Source: Azolla caroliniana (taxonomy: Eukaryota > Plantae > Polypodiophyta). Taken from it: a stretch of 64,000 nt of DNA. A program made the position numbers and the translations under genes. Shown here piece by piece: positions 1 to 12,653 of this stretch (position 1 is the first letter of the stretch; each line of letters starts with the position of its first letter). Location of the stretch: NCBI GenBank assembly GCA_043228905.1, contig JBHGNT010000001.1, positions 17,918,001 through 17,982,000 of the forward strand, in the 5' to 3' direction. Under the pieces are notes generated by a model. It had not been told where the DNA came from. It made no database searches and saw only the letters and a list, made by a program, of their open reading frames with translations.

Positions 1-778
1 TCAGCACCATCATCATCGGCTGCCCGCTGCCGCCGCCTTCCATTTTCTGCAACAGTCGCTCTGATACCAGTTTGTGAGGAATCACCGCTTGGATTCACCT
101 TCTTCGCTCGGCCACAACCGATTAATCGCGGATCAATGTAGCAGAAAATAGGAAATACAGAGAAAGACGCGATACACAGGGATTAACGTGGAAAACCCTA
201 TACGGGAAAAACCACGGGAGTGCGAGACTCCGAACCAAACTATGCACAGAGAAATATACAATAGCGAGCTGCAAGGCAACGACCTTGAGCTCGCTGTCCT
301 CGCCACAGGCGGCGGAAGTACACAGAGGCGTCTACCTCTTCGTCTCTCTCGCGCTCTATCTCTCTCTCTCTCTCGGCTGCTCTCACTTCGCATGGGAAAA
401 ATGAGCAACAACATAAACTGTTTGCCCTAAGTCATATTTATACATATATGACTTTCGGGCTATTTACAAATATAGCCACAAGGGCTCTTAGCAAACATAT
501 TCACAAATATGTCCCCGCATCCGGATCCGTATCCGGGTACTCTTCATCCGGCTCCGTAACCGGGGTCTTCATCATCCGGATCCGTATCCGGGTACTCTTC
601 ATCCGGCTCCGTAACCGGGGTCTTCATCTTCCGGATCCGTATCCGGGTACTCTTCATCCGGCTCCGTAACCGGGGTCTTCATCTTCCGGATCCGTATCCG
701 GGTACTCTTCATCCGGCTCCGTAACCGGGTACTCTTCATCATCCGGACATCCCATCCGGAGGGACCGAAATCCCAACA
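1..778 (-). mobile_element. 5' end of a Tork/Tnt1-like Ty1/Copia element (5' LTR 73-778, PBS 58-69, gag start at 43); body lies left of the window
   Basis: On the minus strand the LTR runs TGTTGGGA...TCCTCACA (706 bp), then TGGTATCAGAGC (tRNA-iMet PBS), then ATG MEGGGSGQPMMMVL, nearly identical to the start of the intact element at 59632. Confidence 0.93.
519..746. repeat. 55-bp tandem repeat (~4 copies, CCGG-rich) in LTR U3
   Basis: GTATCCGGGTAC recurs at 529, 584, 639 and 694; each unit is a dimer of ~27-bp subunits. Confidence 0.95.
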
Positions 779-943
779 CATTCCTGTTTGTGTTATCGTC
801 CCCTTGTGTGTTCATCTTGCGTGCTCATCTTGCTTGTACCCATTTGATCACTTGGCTCGTGCGGTGATCTCAAAAAGTCGATGAGTCGTGATTAACGAAA
901 GCCACCAGCCTCACAAAACAACGGGGAACTAGCCCTTGCTCCG

Positions 944-1490
944 AGAGAGTTCGTAGAGTGGGTTCATAGAGAATATTCGTAGAGAGAGTTCGTAGAGTGG
1001 GTTCGTAGAGAGGATTCGTAGAGAGAGTTCGTAGAGCAGGTTCGTAGAGAGGATTTGTAGAGAGAGTTCGTAGAGAGGATTCGTAGAGAGAGTTCGTAGA
1101 GTGGGTTCGTAGAGAGGATTCGTAGAGAAAATTCGTAGGGTGGGTTCATAGAGAGGATTCGTAGAGAGGGTTCGTAGAGTGGGTTCATAGAGAGGATTCG
1201 TAGAGAAAATTGGTAGAGTGGGTTCATAGAGAGGGTTCGTAGAGAGGATTCGTAGAGAGAGTTCGTAGAGTGGGTTCATAGAGAGGATTCGTAGAGAGAG
1301 TTCGTAGAGAGGACGTAGAGAGAGTTCGTAGAGTGAGTTCGTAGAGAGAGTTCGTAGAGAGAGTTCGTAGAGAGAGTTTGTAGAGAGGATTCATAGAGAG
1401 AGTTCGTAGAGTGAGTTCGTAGAGAGGATTTTTAGAGGGGATTCGTAGAGTGAGGATTCGTAGAGAGGATTCGTAGAGTGGGTTCGAAGA
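944..1490. repeat. Minisatellite of 12-13-bp units (TTCGTAGAGAGAG / TTCGTAGAGTGGG / TTCGTAGAGAGGA)
   Basis: About 40 directly visible tandem units. The repetitive ORFs at 929-1574 are by-products. Confidence 0.95.
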
Positions 1491-1990
1491 GTGCTTCCTC
1501 TTCACCAGGTCCACGATGCCGTTGTTGAACTCTTTCTTTGCTATTCCTAGCACTTCACGGGGCGTGAGTTCCACGCGACTATCAAGGATTCACTCCTCCA
1601 AGACCTTCCATAGGCCCGTCGTTTTCTCTATCTCCGAGCTTAACTGGAAGCTCAGGATCTTCCCCTTTTTTTTTTCCTATGAATCACTTATCTTGGGTCC
1701 ACTCCGGGTGTCGTATATCCCCGAAGAGCCTGCCCCTCTGGCCTTCCCAACCCGCTTGTCGTCGACCAGAACCTCGTTGTTCTGGCACGCGGCTTCTACG
1801 AAGCCAATCTTCTGCTCAATCGGATCGCTCCATCTGATGACTTCACGAACCAGCCTCTCTGCACGGTCTACTTCCTCCTTCTTTGGCTTCTTTCCGTTGA
1901 ATCCCTCTAGTACTACCAGCCAAAATTTGGAGTCATCCCTAGAGCCGGTAGCTTTCACTCCACCCACACGGATGCTGGTCGAGGCCGAGT
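1490..1990 (-). pseudogene. Gypsy gag-region fragment related to the D family
   Basis: SRVELTPREVLGIAKKEFNNGIVDLVKRK aligns with ESRVEFSLRELLEIAKEFHDLLVDLVKRK at 20305-20685. Confidence 0.75.
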
Positions 1991-1999
1991 ACTGAATGG

Positions 2000-2470
2000 C
2001 CTCAATATGACACGATGTTGTTCCTCAATTATCCTCTTCATGCTGCCTCGTCTCACTCCAATCCGACTCCAATACCCCCCTGGATATGTCTGCTCTATCG
2101 ATTGGCTCGTACAGGTCTTTCACGAAGAGGAGGTCTTCCATCTTTATCTTCCAGTCTGCATAGTTTTGTGAGTTTAGAACTATCATACTTGGGAAACTAC
2201 TCACACCTCCTTCCATGCTTGCACCTCAAGATCTGATACTAGTTTGCTGAGAAATCGTTCGGTCAAATCACAATAAACGAACTGTGCTGAAATACGAATC
2301 ACAGATATGCCAAAAAAAGGAAAGGACAAACAATGGTGCACAGAGATTTAACGTGAAAACCCTAAAACGGGAGAAAAACCACGAGAACAGAGGTTCACTA
2401 TGTATAGTGGATATACAACACAGAATGTTACAACACTCCTTCGAGTGTATCAGCCACACAAGGCTCTTGA
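2000..2470 (-). mobile_element. Decayed Tork-like Copia fragment: gag N-terminus, degenerate PBS (~2230-2241) and LTR 3' half
   Basis: MEGGVSSFPSMIVLNSQNYADWKIKMEDLL matches the gag at 59632; GATCTGATACTA resembles the reverse-complement PBS; LTR motif TTAACGTGAAAACCCTA is present. Confidence 0.8.
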
Positions 2471-2781
2471 CGTGTGTGTGTGAGACAGAGAGCGTGTAGA
2501 CACAGACAGAGAGGTACTTGTTGTCTGAACCCTAAGGGGAATACTCTATTGTGTAGAGGTTGTAATCTGTTTTCCTTCTCTTGTACACCCACTATTATAA
2601 TGAAGATCTGTTCTTCCGTGGTTTTCTCTTGGTTTAGGGTTTCCACGTTAAAACTTGTGTATTTCGTTACTTTGCATACTCTTGTCTATTTGATGTTTTC
2701 TATTTCCTGAGTTGTGTATCGTCAGTCAATTTATCTTGTCTACTTGTGGTCCATTTCCCATCACAACTTGTGTGTCTAACA
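2470..2781 (+). mobile_element. 3' half of a Tork-like LTR in the opposite orientation
   Basis: Conserved CGTGGTTTT..TAGGGTTTCCACGTTAA motif at ~2617-2651 (same motif at ~59448-59482); ends ...TCTAACA. Confidence 0.65.
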
Positions 2782-2784
2782 ATC

Positions 2785-3634
2785 GCAACGGTTCGATTTG
2801 AGAGTGTCAAAACCAAACGAGTTTGAAACTGAACTGTTTAAATTTTTTCAAACTTGAATTGAACTGAACCATGAAAGCATTTGAATTGAAACTGCTCAAA
2901 CCCAATCGTTAAAAAAAATCCAAACCGTTAAAACCACGGTTTCGTGGTTTGGTTTCGGTTTTCAACTTCTGTCAAATTTAAATTTTTAAATTTTTTAAAT
3001 TTTCATTTTTTAAATTTTAAATATTTTCTCAAAATGTGAGAATCGGACTTCAAAATGAAAAGATTGTTTTTAAAAGCAAAAAAAATTCAACCAAAATTTT
3101 TTAATATTTAAAATTTTAAAAAACAATTAAGTTGTGTAAAGAATCAAGCGTGATTTTGTGCAACGGAAGTGATCTATGTGTGTGTGTGTGAAAGAGGGAG
3201 AGAGACAGACAGAAGACAAGGTATACAGAAAACAAGAAAACATTGTATTCACAATGAGCAAGATGAACCAACAGTTACAAAGAGAAGGAGAGGGTGCTTA
3301 TGTCATCACCTTCTATGTTCTTTCACTACAACCAACACTTGGAATAGAGGTGGAGACTGAACTACCAACTAAATATGTGTTATAGGACTAAAGTTCCATG
3401 ACAGTTTGTTTATAATACAAGGTCGTGGGATGTCCACACTAGGGAAGTTGAGTTTGATTCTTAACAAGTCATTTAAACCATAGTTTCTAACCGTTGAAAC
3501 TGAATCGAACCGACAATTCACCCCCCAAACCGAACTGAACCATTAAAAAACACCTAAAACCTAAATAGAACCGAACCGTTTAAACCGTTAAGCCGTCGTT
3601 TCGTGGTTTAGTTCTGTTCAAACTGAACCGTTGC
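2785..3634. mobile_element. MITE / non-autonomous TIR DNA transposon (hAT-like)
   Basis: TIR GCAACGGTTC (2785-2794) / GAACCGTTGC (3625-3634); dense AACCG/GAACCG subterminal repeats at both ends; AT-rich non-coding core; TSD not resolved. Confidence 0.7.
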
Positions 3635-6600
3635 CGACTATTGTGCGTGACCATAACTTCTAATGTAAAAGATGTATGGTGAGGGTTTTATAACTAATAG
3701 CAAAGTTCTTCCTTCACCATGAAGAATGTGTGCTTTATAAGACGTTCTAGATTCAAACTCATTTTTGGAAGTGTGGTCACTATCATGTAATTCAGTGTAA
3801 TATGCATTAGCATCAATGTCCAGAATATATTTAAGATGTTGAATATTAAAATATGTATTTAATAATGGAACTTTGCAAACATAGCATGTCAAATTATAGG
3901 ACAAGGATACCTTTAATCATTGTTTCTAGATTGTTGCACAAAGTTGTAATGCTTATGGATCCATTTGAAAGTGTCTAGTTTAATTGTTATAATGTCCATC
4001 TTCACGAATAAAGGGATAAGATGAAGCTTGTTACATTAGATGCAGGTTACATGCGTTGTCAATGGTATTGGTAATAAATACAAGTGTACATAGTAGAAAC
4101 ATTGTGTGAATATATACTAATAAACTTAGAAGAAGATGTTAGCACACGTATGAATACAAGGAAAGAATACTTTGTTGACTCTAAAACGAAAAATTGAATC
4201 AAACTAGGCATTTCACAAGTTCAACTAGTTCTTAATTATTATGATTACAATACGAATCTTGCAAATCTAGTGTTTGTCATTTATATTTTTGGTAGTAATG
4301 TAGGGATTACCATTTTGAAGCTAAAGTATTTAAACATGTTATAAGTATCTCTCACATGCTTGCAAATTGTACATTAATATTCAACTTGATTTAGTAATTT
4401 TGAATAGCCCCACATAGAATGTTTGACTTGACATTTTAATGTAGTAAATATTATGTAGGTGGAATTCCCACATACATTGTACAAGTACATGGATATTCTT
4501 ACAACATTTTGGCAATATGACCATTCTTTGATTACCTTAATGTTCTCTTGTGCAATGGAATTGGGATTTGGTTTTCAAATGAATATGGCTCACACTATAG
4601 ATGGGGTGGTAGGTGCATAGAAACCCCATTTTAAACTAGGATTTGGTTACATAACAATTTAGGGTAAATAAACCATAACATACCATGGTTGATGACCACT
4701 CAATATATCAACTAATATATATCATGTTAGCATTTATTGACTTGTATAACTGGTATGCAAATGTAGTAGATACCTACCTACCTATATGCATTAGTTTCCG
4801 TTTTGCACAATAGGTGGTCCAAAAGTTCCTTTTGATGCATATTGAATGTTCAGGTTTGGTTTCTTTTTGTTGTTGTGAATATTGGAAGCCATTATTGTCA
4901 TTAACGATGCTCACCCTTTCACCTCACAACAATTTAAAAGAGGAATCTTAATCACTTTTGAGCTAGCATAGCCAATTGGAATGATAAGAATAGAAAATAT
5001 ATGTAGCTTGATTCGTAGTCTATCAAGCTAGACAAATTTTGTGACCCAACAAACAAGATGCTATGATATATATTCTGTTCCTTGAGGCAAATTAATTGGT
5101 ATTACATTGGGCACATTGTTTTCTCTCATTATGATCCATGTACCCGAATTTTCTAATGCAAATGGTGTTGACAACCTTGTTTTATCTATTTGTTCAACAT
5201 CTAACATTTCTGCATGAGGAAATCACAAATGGTAGGAAAATGTGAGATAGTCTTAGCACTTTCTTCGGTCAACAAAAAGTATGTGTCACATACATTACTA
5301 TTGATCTTTTCCAACCCTCAACTTGTGCCAAGTTAAGGAATCATTAATGTAGATGATCCCAAAGTAGAAACATGAAGAATATGACACTAGATCTATCAAC
5401 TTGATTTTAATTCACAATTTTGATCTATTAATTTGAATTTGAATTCACAAATTGACGGTTATAGACCCATAAGCTTTACCACAACACGATAGTGTAATCT
5501 TTTATGAATGTAAAATAGTCAAATGAGAAGTGCTTATTACATGTGAGATACCTTTAGCGTTGGAATGTTTTAAGAACTACTAATGTTGAAAGGGGGATCT
5601 CACCTTCGTGAATATCAACTGCCCCAATCTATGAAACTTATTACTAGAAGAAAATGCAAGCAAAGGGAAATTGAGGTTGTAAACTTGCTTATCTTCTTTG
5701 TGATTATAACTTTACCATGGTTAATAATAAAATAATTTTGTTCCTAGTGGACTTAAGAATCAAATAATCACATCACCATTTACCTTCAAGATTATACATG
5801 ACTACTTGTTATTGTGGGGCGTAGTGGAAGATTTTGGCCACAAGAGTCTATTCCAATAGGCAATCAAACACATTTGGTTGTTTATTGGGCAACACTTACC
5901 TAACTCAACTACTCACTTGAGAGGGTTGACCACAAATTCATTAAGGTAGAAGGTGCCCCGTGTTTTGAAGATCACACGAGGGACACACAGGTTCAAAGTT
6001 AAGCTTGAACAAGACATCAATACAAGTTGGACACAACTAAACACACTAGCCTTGTGTTGTTTTCCCCACATATTGTACACCAATACTAAAGTGTTATGGT
6101 CATGAACGAATGGATGCCGCATAAAGAAGATAAGTTGAGGCAACAAATGTGCACATATGTACATCGCACAATTTTGTAACATCATAAAATATTAATGTAT
6201 TCACACTAAAGGTGCCACAAGGGTAATAGTGTAACACATCATTTTCTTTTAAAATAACGCTAAAGATAATCAAAGAAAACGCATGCTTGACCTAACTAAA
6301 CCAATTAACGAAATAAATGAATAGGGATATTTAACATCATGGGGGGGGCTTTACCATTTTATTACGCTCAAATAATTTATAATCAAGATTCTTTTAATTG
6401 ATCCTATAATCAATCTACTTCTATTCTTTTTTTATCCTACAATCAATCATAGTATTCTATACACATGGATAATCCTCGGGATTGAGACAACCCATTAGGC
6501 CAAGTGTGAACGTGCCTGGGGCCCTTGGGTATCACTATAAATATGAGGCCTAGCAACCCTCATTTCATCATATCTTGACTACGTCGAGAGTCTGTTTCGT

Positions 6601-7180
6601 GGTGGGTCAACTCTTATAGCAAACGCGCCAGCACCAGGTACGACTCGACGCCACGACGGTGGTATGGGACGTCGATCAAGGCTCGAGTCCGTCTCAATCC
6701 GTTCGCTCAGGGGTGGTCGGGTGGATCGACACCCTTCTTTCTCTCTCTCCTTTCTTTCTATCTATCGTGTATCCTTGTCATATGCTTACATTAGGGCATA
6801 TATCTAATTGTTGGTATCAGAATTTATGTTTCTAATGATTCCTTTGCTTTTATCTTCTTGATTGTAAAAAGAATAGCATGCAGAAGCAATAGAAAACCGA
6901 ACAGAGAAACGCAAGTTTAATGGAGAGCTTGAATATACACAATATGCGGGAGAGACAGACAGAGACAGAGATAGTGCACACAAAAACCCAATTCAAAAAT
7001 AATACTCAATCAGTACATAGAATGTGCTCAATGAGCACTTTTATATAAGTCCATACAGACTGACAGAAGTATTGACACGTACTTCAATGCTCATAAATGA
7101 GCTCTACACTAACTCCCAAAATATATTCCTACGCGGAATATCTTTCGAACGACCTCGCGGTTTACGCACCGCTACGGCTT

Positions 7181-8805
7181 TGTAAAAGAATACGTTGTGC
7201 GGAAGCGTGTGTGAAAAACACAGTGTACACAGTTCCAAGGAATAAGACAATTCAGTAAAACACAGAAAACGCAAAGATGGAGATGGAGATGGAGAGAGAG
7301 CAGACAACAGAAAGTTCAGATTCAAATTAATGACACTCTGTTCTGGGTACACAGTTTGTGCTTAGTGAGCACCTTATATACAAGCCCTGACAATCGGGCT
7401 GACACAAGTACTGACAATACTTGACGCTCATAAATGAGTCGCGACACTCACTCCCAAAATTATTCCTTACGAGGAATAACGCTCTAACAGCCTCTTCGGT
7501 TTTCACACCGATGCGGCCCTGTTCTGCGTACTTTTTCATGCACCCAGTCTACACACTGGGTTACGTTGCGTACTTCGCACCGAATGTTGAGCTTGTGTCT
7601 CAACACTCCCCCTCAAGCTCAACTAGAGGTTCCACTTGCTCCGCCGCATCTACGCTCCGGTTCCTTCTGGCTTCACGCCTTGCTCGCACTCCTATATAGT
7701 TGGTGTTGTTTTCCCATCTGACAAGCTTCGTAGAGTTGGCCACTCCGGCCACGAAATTTAGGCAACCCGAAAACAATGTTCTTCGTCTGCATTTCACGAA
7801 GCCGTGGGAAATTTACGTGGCTGAACCGCTTGTGCCACAGGTCGATATCCGATTCGACCTTTTGTCCTTTCTCGTACAACGTGGTTCCGGCATGATTAGT
7901 GTCGAGGATAATCATTCTCCACGGCGCCCTTGCACGATTACTTTGCCTTCCTCTTCTATGAAGCAGCCGAGATGCGTGAATCAAACCTACATTCCCTGGT
8001 CGACGAACTGACCGACCAACACTAGGTTCTTCCTTATTGTCGGGACGTGCAACACGTTCATGATTTTCCCTTTCTACCCGACGTGGTTGAGAGGAACTTC
8101 GCCGAGATGTTCGATGGTATGCGGAGTGTCGTCTCCTGTTTCGACCACTCCTTGTGATTCCGGTTTCTCCAGGTACGAGAACCATTCCTCGTGACTCGTC
8201 ATTTGATTTGACACTCCGGAATCAACATACCACACCTCGCTTGATTTCGAGGTGTTCACGGCCATAGAATTGGCCTTATGCTTCATTACGAAGGTTGGGC
8301 CTGATTTGTTTCTGTCTCGTTCAAAGCCTTCTGCATAGTGTGATCTCTGACACCTCTCTACGTCTCTTTGGCTCGATCTGGCTTTGTCCGAATTGGCTCG
8401 CTTTTTCTAGCACTCGCTCTCCTTGTGGCCTTTCTTGCCACAGTACCAGCAATCCGGCGTGGTCTTATCTTGTCGTCTTCCGGCGCCGCCATGACTCCCC
8501 CTGCTTGTGGAGGGTTCGGAATTGCTTCAGACATCTCTATTATGCCGTACATTCTGCTCTTTTCGGCTGCCTCCATTGCCTCGTCCACCACGACCACGGG
8601 GCCTATCATCCTCCGTGTAAAGCATCTTGCCATCGGCGTGTGCAGTCGTCGACGCACCCGCGTGGTTTTCTTCTACGAGCAATATTGACTAAAGCTCGAA
8701 AAACGAAGGCGTAATCTGCCTCGTGCAGTACTTTTTCACGCACCCAGTCTACGCAATGGGTTACGTTGCGTACTTCGCACCAAATGTTGAGCTTGTATCT
8801 CAATA
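7181..8805 (-). mobile_element. Element C: internally deleted Copia nested in the 3' LTR of B (TSD GGCTT)
   Basis: GGCTT at 7176-7180 and 8806-8810; LTR 7181-7605 followed by PPT; retains only gag remnant, protease (WYVDSGVSNQMT) and GAG-pre-integrase (LWHKRFSHVN); other LTR partial (~8720-8805). Confidence 0.88.
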
Positions 8806-8945
8806 GGCTTCTCGTTGCATACCGGTCTGCGCACCGGTTTACACACCCCGTTTACGCACCGGTACAGCCTAACCGATCGATCCCAACCGATCCGATTCTC
8901 GGCTTGCACAGCCGATCTGCCCAATGTTGAGCTTGTATCTCAACA

Positions 8946-11900
8946 CTCCCCCTCAAGCTCAACTTGAGGTTCCATCCACTCTTCCAGATCTACGCTCCGG
9001 TTTCTTCTGGCTTCACGCCCTGCTCGTGCTCCTCGACCTATTCGATTCCGTGCACCTCGACCCTTCTGGTCGGCTTGCGTGCTTGTGGGGCCCTCTTTAG
9101 CTCCATTGTTGTCGCGGTGTTGGTGCTTCGTCTGCTGCCTTCTCTTCCGCTTGGCCCTCAATTGATTCGGTGTATCCGAATCAAGCATCCAAACCGACTC
9201 GGCTTCCGTCGATCGGTTTTTGCTTTCGTCCGAGTTGGCTGTCTCCAACTCATCTTCGATCTTCTAGCCCTTGATGGCTTCATCTCCCCCACGCTTGGTT
9301 GGCTTCGGCTCTTTCATTTGACTCCTCCCCTTATATTTGCTTTCGGAATCTTCTGCGGATCCGCGCTTGGCTTCTTCAGCCAATCCGAAATCGAATTCGT
9401 CATCCGACTCGGCGTCACGGTCTTCCAAAACTTCTCTTCCCCTTCTGTGGTTATTCGGAACGCCTCTCCCACTCAAGTTCAGCAGGTCGAGGTGACGCAA
9501 CCCAAGCGCACTTGAGAATTCCCGCAACTTGTCCAGACCAAGAGGCTTGGTGAAGATGTCGGCAGTCTCCCGATCCATCGGAACATACTGAAGTTTGACT
9601 TCACCGGAGAGGACACACTCACGGACAAAATGGTAGTGCACCTCAATGTGCTTAGTCCAGGTGTGGAAGACGGGGTTCTTTGCTAGTTGGATGTTGCGAA
9701 GGTTGTCGTAGTAGATTGTCATTCAATCGGATATCTCCACCTGCAGATCCTTAAGTAGCCGCTGCAACTATATGGCTTCGCATGTCCCAACAGCCGCTCC
9801 TCTATACTCGGCTTCTGCGCTCAACAACGCAACTATCGGCTGCTTCTTGCTACTCCACATGATTGCGGCACTCCGAAGAGAGAACGTGAAACCGGACGTG
9901 GATCAGCCATTGGTGACGTTGCCGGCCTAGTCGGCATCGGTGTAGCCAACCAACTGCGGGGCTGTATCGGTCCGATATAGTCCGTAAAGGGACTTCTTCA
10001 ACCGGCACACCGCCGAGGTGTTCGTTCCGAAGTGAAATCCGGGGGGTTGTACCATGTACACATGTTCCTCAAGCTCACCTTGCAGGAACACATTCTTTAC
10101 ATCCATCTGATGTAAGTGCCACCCCTTCGCCGCAGCTACTGCTAGCAGAACACACACGGTAGTCATCTTCGCGACAGGCGCAAAGGTCTCGTCATAGTTC
10201 ACATCATGCTTCTACGCGTAGCCTTTCACTACTAACCGGGCCTTGTAGTGGTTGACTGAGCCGCTAGTGTTGTACTTGACCTTGTACACCCACCTACATT
10301 TGATCGGCTTCACACCTTTCGATGCGTCAACCAGGTTCCAGGTTTCATTTTCTGCCAATGTGACATCTCTTCCTCCATTGCGGCACGCCAGTTCGCGTCC
10401 TTCGCCGATTTTGCGTAGCTCTCCGGCTCATGCACTTCTGCTACACAGGTCATGTACGTATAGTGATGCGCTATGTACTCATTGTATCCGAACCACACAA
10501 CAAGGTTCTTTTAGTGGGTAGATCGGCGTGACTTCACATTAGCCGATGTTGAGACTTTCTTGGCCGACGCGGACTTCTCTCTCGAAGACCCGTCATCACT
10601 CTTCTCGGAGACGGATTCGCGTCGATCCGACCCGCCCTTATCCATGTCATACTCTAGCATGTTCTTCTTCCCTTTTTCCTTGCACGTAAACCGTCTCCTT
10701 GGCTTCCTGCATGAGGAATGCACAATCGAGTGTCCACTACTCGCTGGCTCTTCTTCGGACTACTCAAACCGACTCAGTCATCCATTCAATCAACTTAACC
10801 GCAACGAGATCGGACTCTCTTTGAGGGTCCTGATTTCACCCTCATTCGGAGGCACTTCAGCCTTGCTGACCTCATCGTCAGAGCTCGGATTGGAGTTGAG
10901 GTCTAGAGTTGGAGGCAAGTACAAGGACGCGGACTCGTCAAACACAACATCGTGTCTCACACGAGCTTGTGTGGTTCAGGGGTTATAACACTTATAACCC
11001 TTCTGTTCATCTGAATAGCTGACTAAGATACACTTCTCAACTTTCGCGTCCAACTTCCTCCGTTTCTCCTTCGGCACATGCACATACGCTATGCTACCGA
11101 AAACTCTCAAGTGTCGTAGATTCGGCTTTCTTCCGAACTACAACTCATGCGCCGATACTTTGTCTCTAATCCGATTCTGGATGTAGACCGCGGTTCGTAC
11201 CACCTCGGCCCAATAGAACTTGGCCAAGCTCTTTTCTTCTAGCATTGCCCACGCTGCTTCCACAATCGACCACCAGGATGCGAACTCATCAAACTCAACA
11301 TCGTGGTTCACGCGAGCTTGTGTGGTTTAGGGGTTATAACACTTATAACCCTTCTGTTCGTCTGAATAGTTGACTAAGACACACTTCTCAACTTTCGCGT
11401 CCAACTTCCTCTGTTTCTCCATCGGCACATGCACATACGCAATGCTACTGAAAACTCTCAAGTGTCGTAGATTCGGCTTTCTTCCGAAGTACAACTCATG
11501 CGCCGATACTTTGTCTCTAATCCGATTCTGGATGTAGACCGCGGTTCGTACCGCCTCAGCCCAATAGAACTTGGCCAAGCTCTTTTCTTCTAGCATTGCC
11601 CACGCCGCTTCCACAATCGACCACTAGGACGCGGACTTGTCAAACACAACATCGTGGTTCACGCGAGCTTGTGTGGTTTAGGGGTTATAACACTTATAAC
11701 TCTTCTGTTCGTCTGAATAGCTGACTAAGACACACTTCTCAACTTTCGCGTCCAACTTCCTCCGTTTCTCCTTCAGCACATGCACATACGCAATGCTACT
11801 GAAAACTCTCAAGTGTCGTAGATTCGGCTTTTTTCCGAAGTACAACTCATGCGCCGACACTTTGTCTCCGATCCGATTCTAGATGCAGACCGCGGTTTGT

Positions 11901-12173
11901 ACCGCCTTGGCCCAATAGATCTTGGGCAAGCTCTTTTCTTCTAGCATTGGCCACGCCGCTTCCACAATCGACCTATTTTTCCTTTCAGTCACTGAATTCG
12001 TGTCGAATTCCCATCTGTTGAAGATACCCATTCAATTGACCGAAAAAGTACTCTTTTCCGCCATTCGACTGCAAGCACTTGATCCTTCTTCCTGTTTCCC
12101 TTTCGACGAAATTCTTGAGGTCCCGGAAATAGTCAAAGACTTCAATCTTCTTCTCAATGAGGTAGATCCACGT
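8946..12173 (-). pseudogene. Element B pol, 3' part: integrase, RT with core deleted, RNase H, C-terminal extension
   Basis: [44 protein letters not shown]; LKKSLYGL is fused directly to YRTD...GYTDAD. Confidence 0.9.
10924..11974. repeat. 351-bp tandem triplication inside the element B integrase
   Basis: CACAATCGAC at 11261, 11612 and 11963 (period 351 = 117 codons). Confidence 0.93.
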
Positions 12174-12653
12174 TGTCGTGCCTTTCGGCTCCAGATCGTT
12201 ACGTGGGTTCGGTGGGAACCACTGAGGTTTTAAACTAGGAGAAGAAGAATATGAGATAGGTTTTGTTACGAATAGATTGCAAGATGGAGATATGAAACTC
12301 GTGAATCCCACGAGTATAATGTATTAATGGATAATTAGATTGTAAGAGAGAATACATGGTAAAATAGTGAATCCCACGAATAGTTTTATTAATCAATCCT
12401 TATCAAAAGGAAAATCAACAATCCCTATACATCTTCCTCTCATCCTTATATAGTGTTGCAAGAGTCTAAGTTTATCACATGCAAGCATCATGCTTTTCCT
12501 AACTTTAGTTTTCATGCACACTGCATGTGCATGATTAGCTTTCTATCCCATCTTTTCTTTTAAATCGATTGTGTATGCATGAATAACTTTTTGTACCATG
12601 CATATCTAGAATATTTATGTGGGATAAAGTTTAGTATAACTTTACAATTCACA

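Noticed and set aside
944-1490. CRISPR array or repeat-protein gene
   Set aside because: No unique spacers and no cas genes; the ORFs are artefacts of a stop-poor minisatellite.
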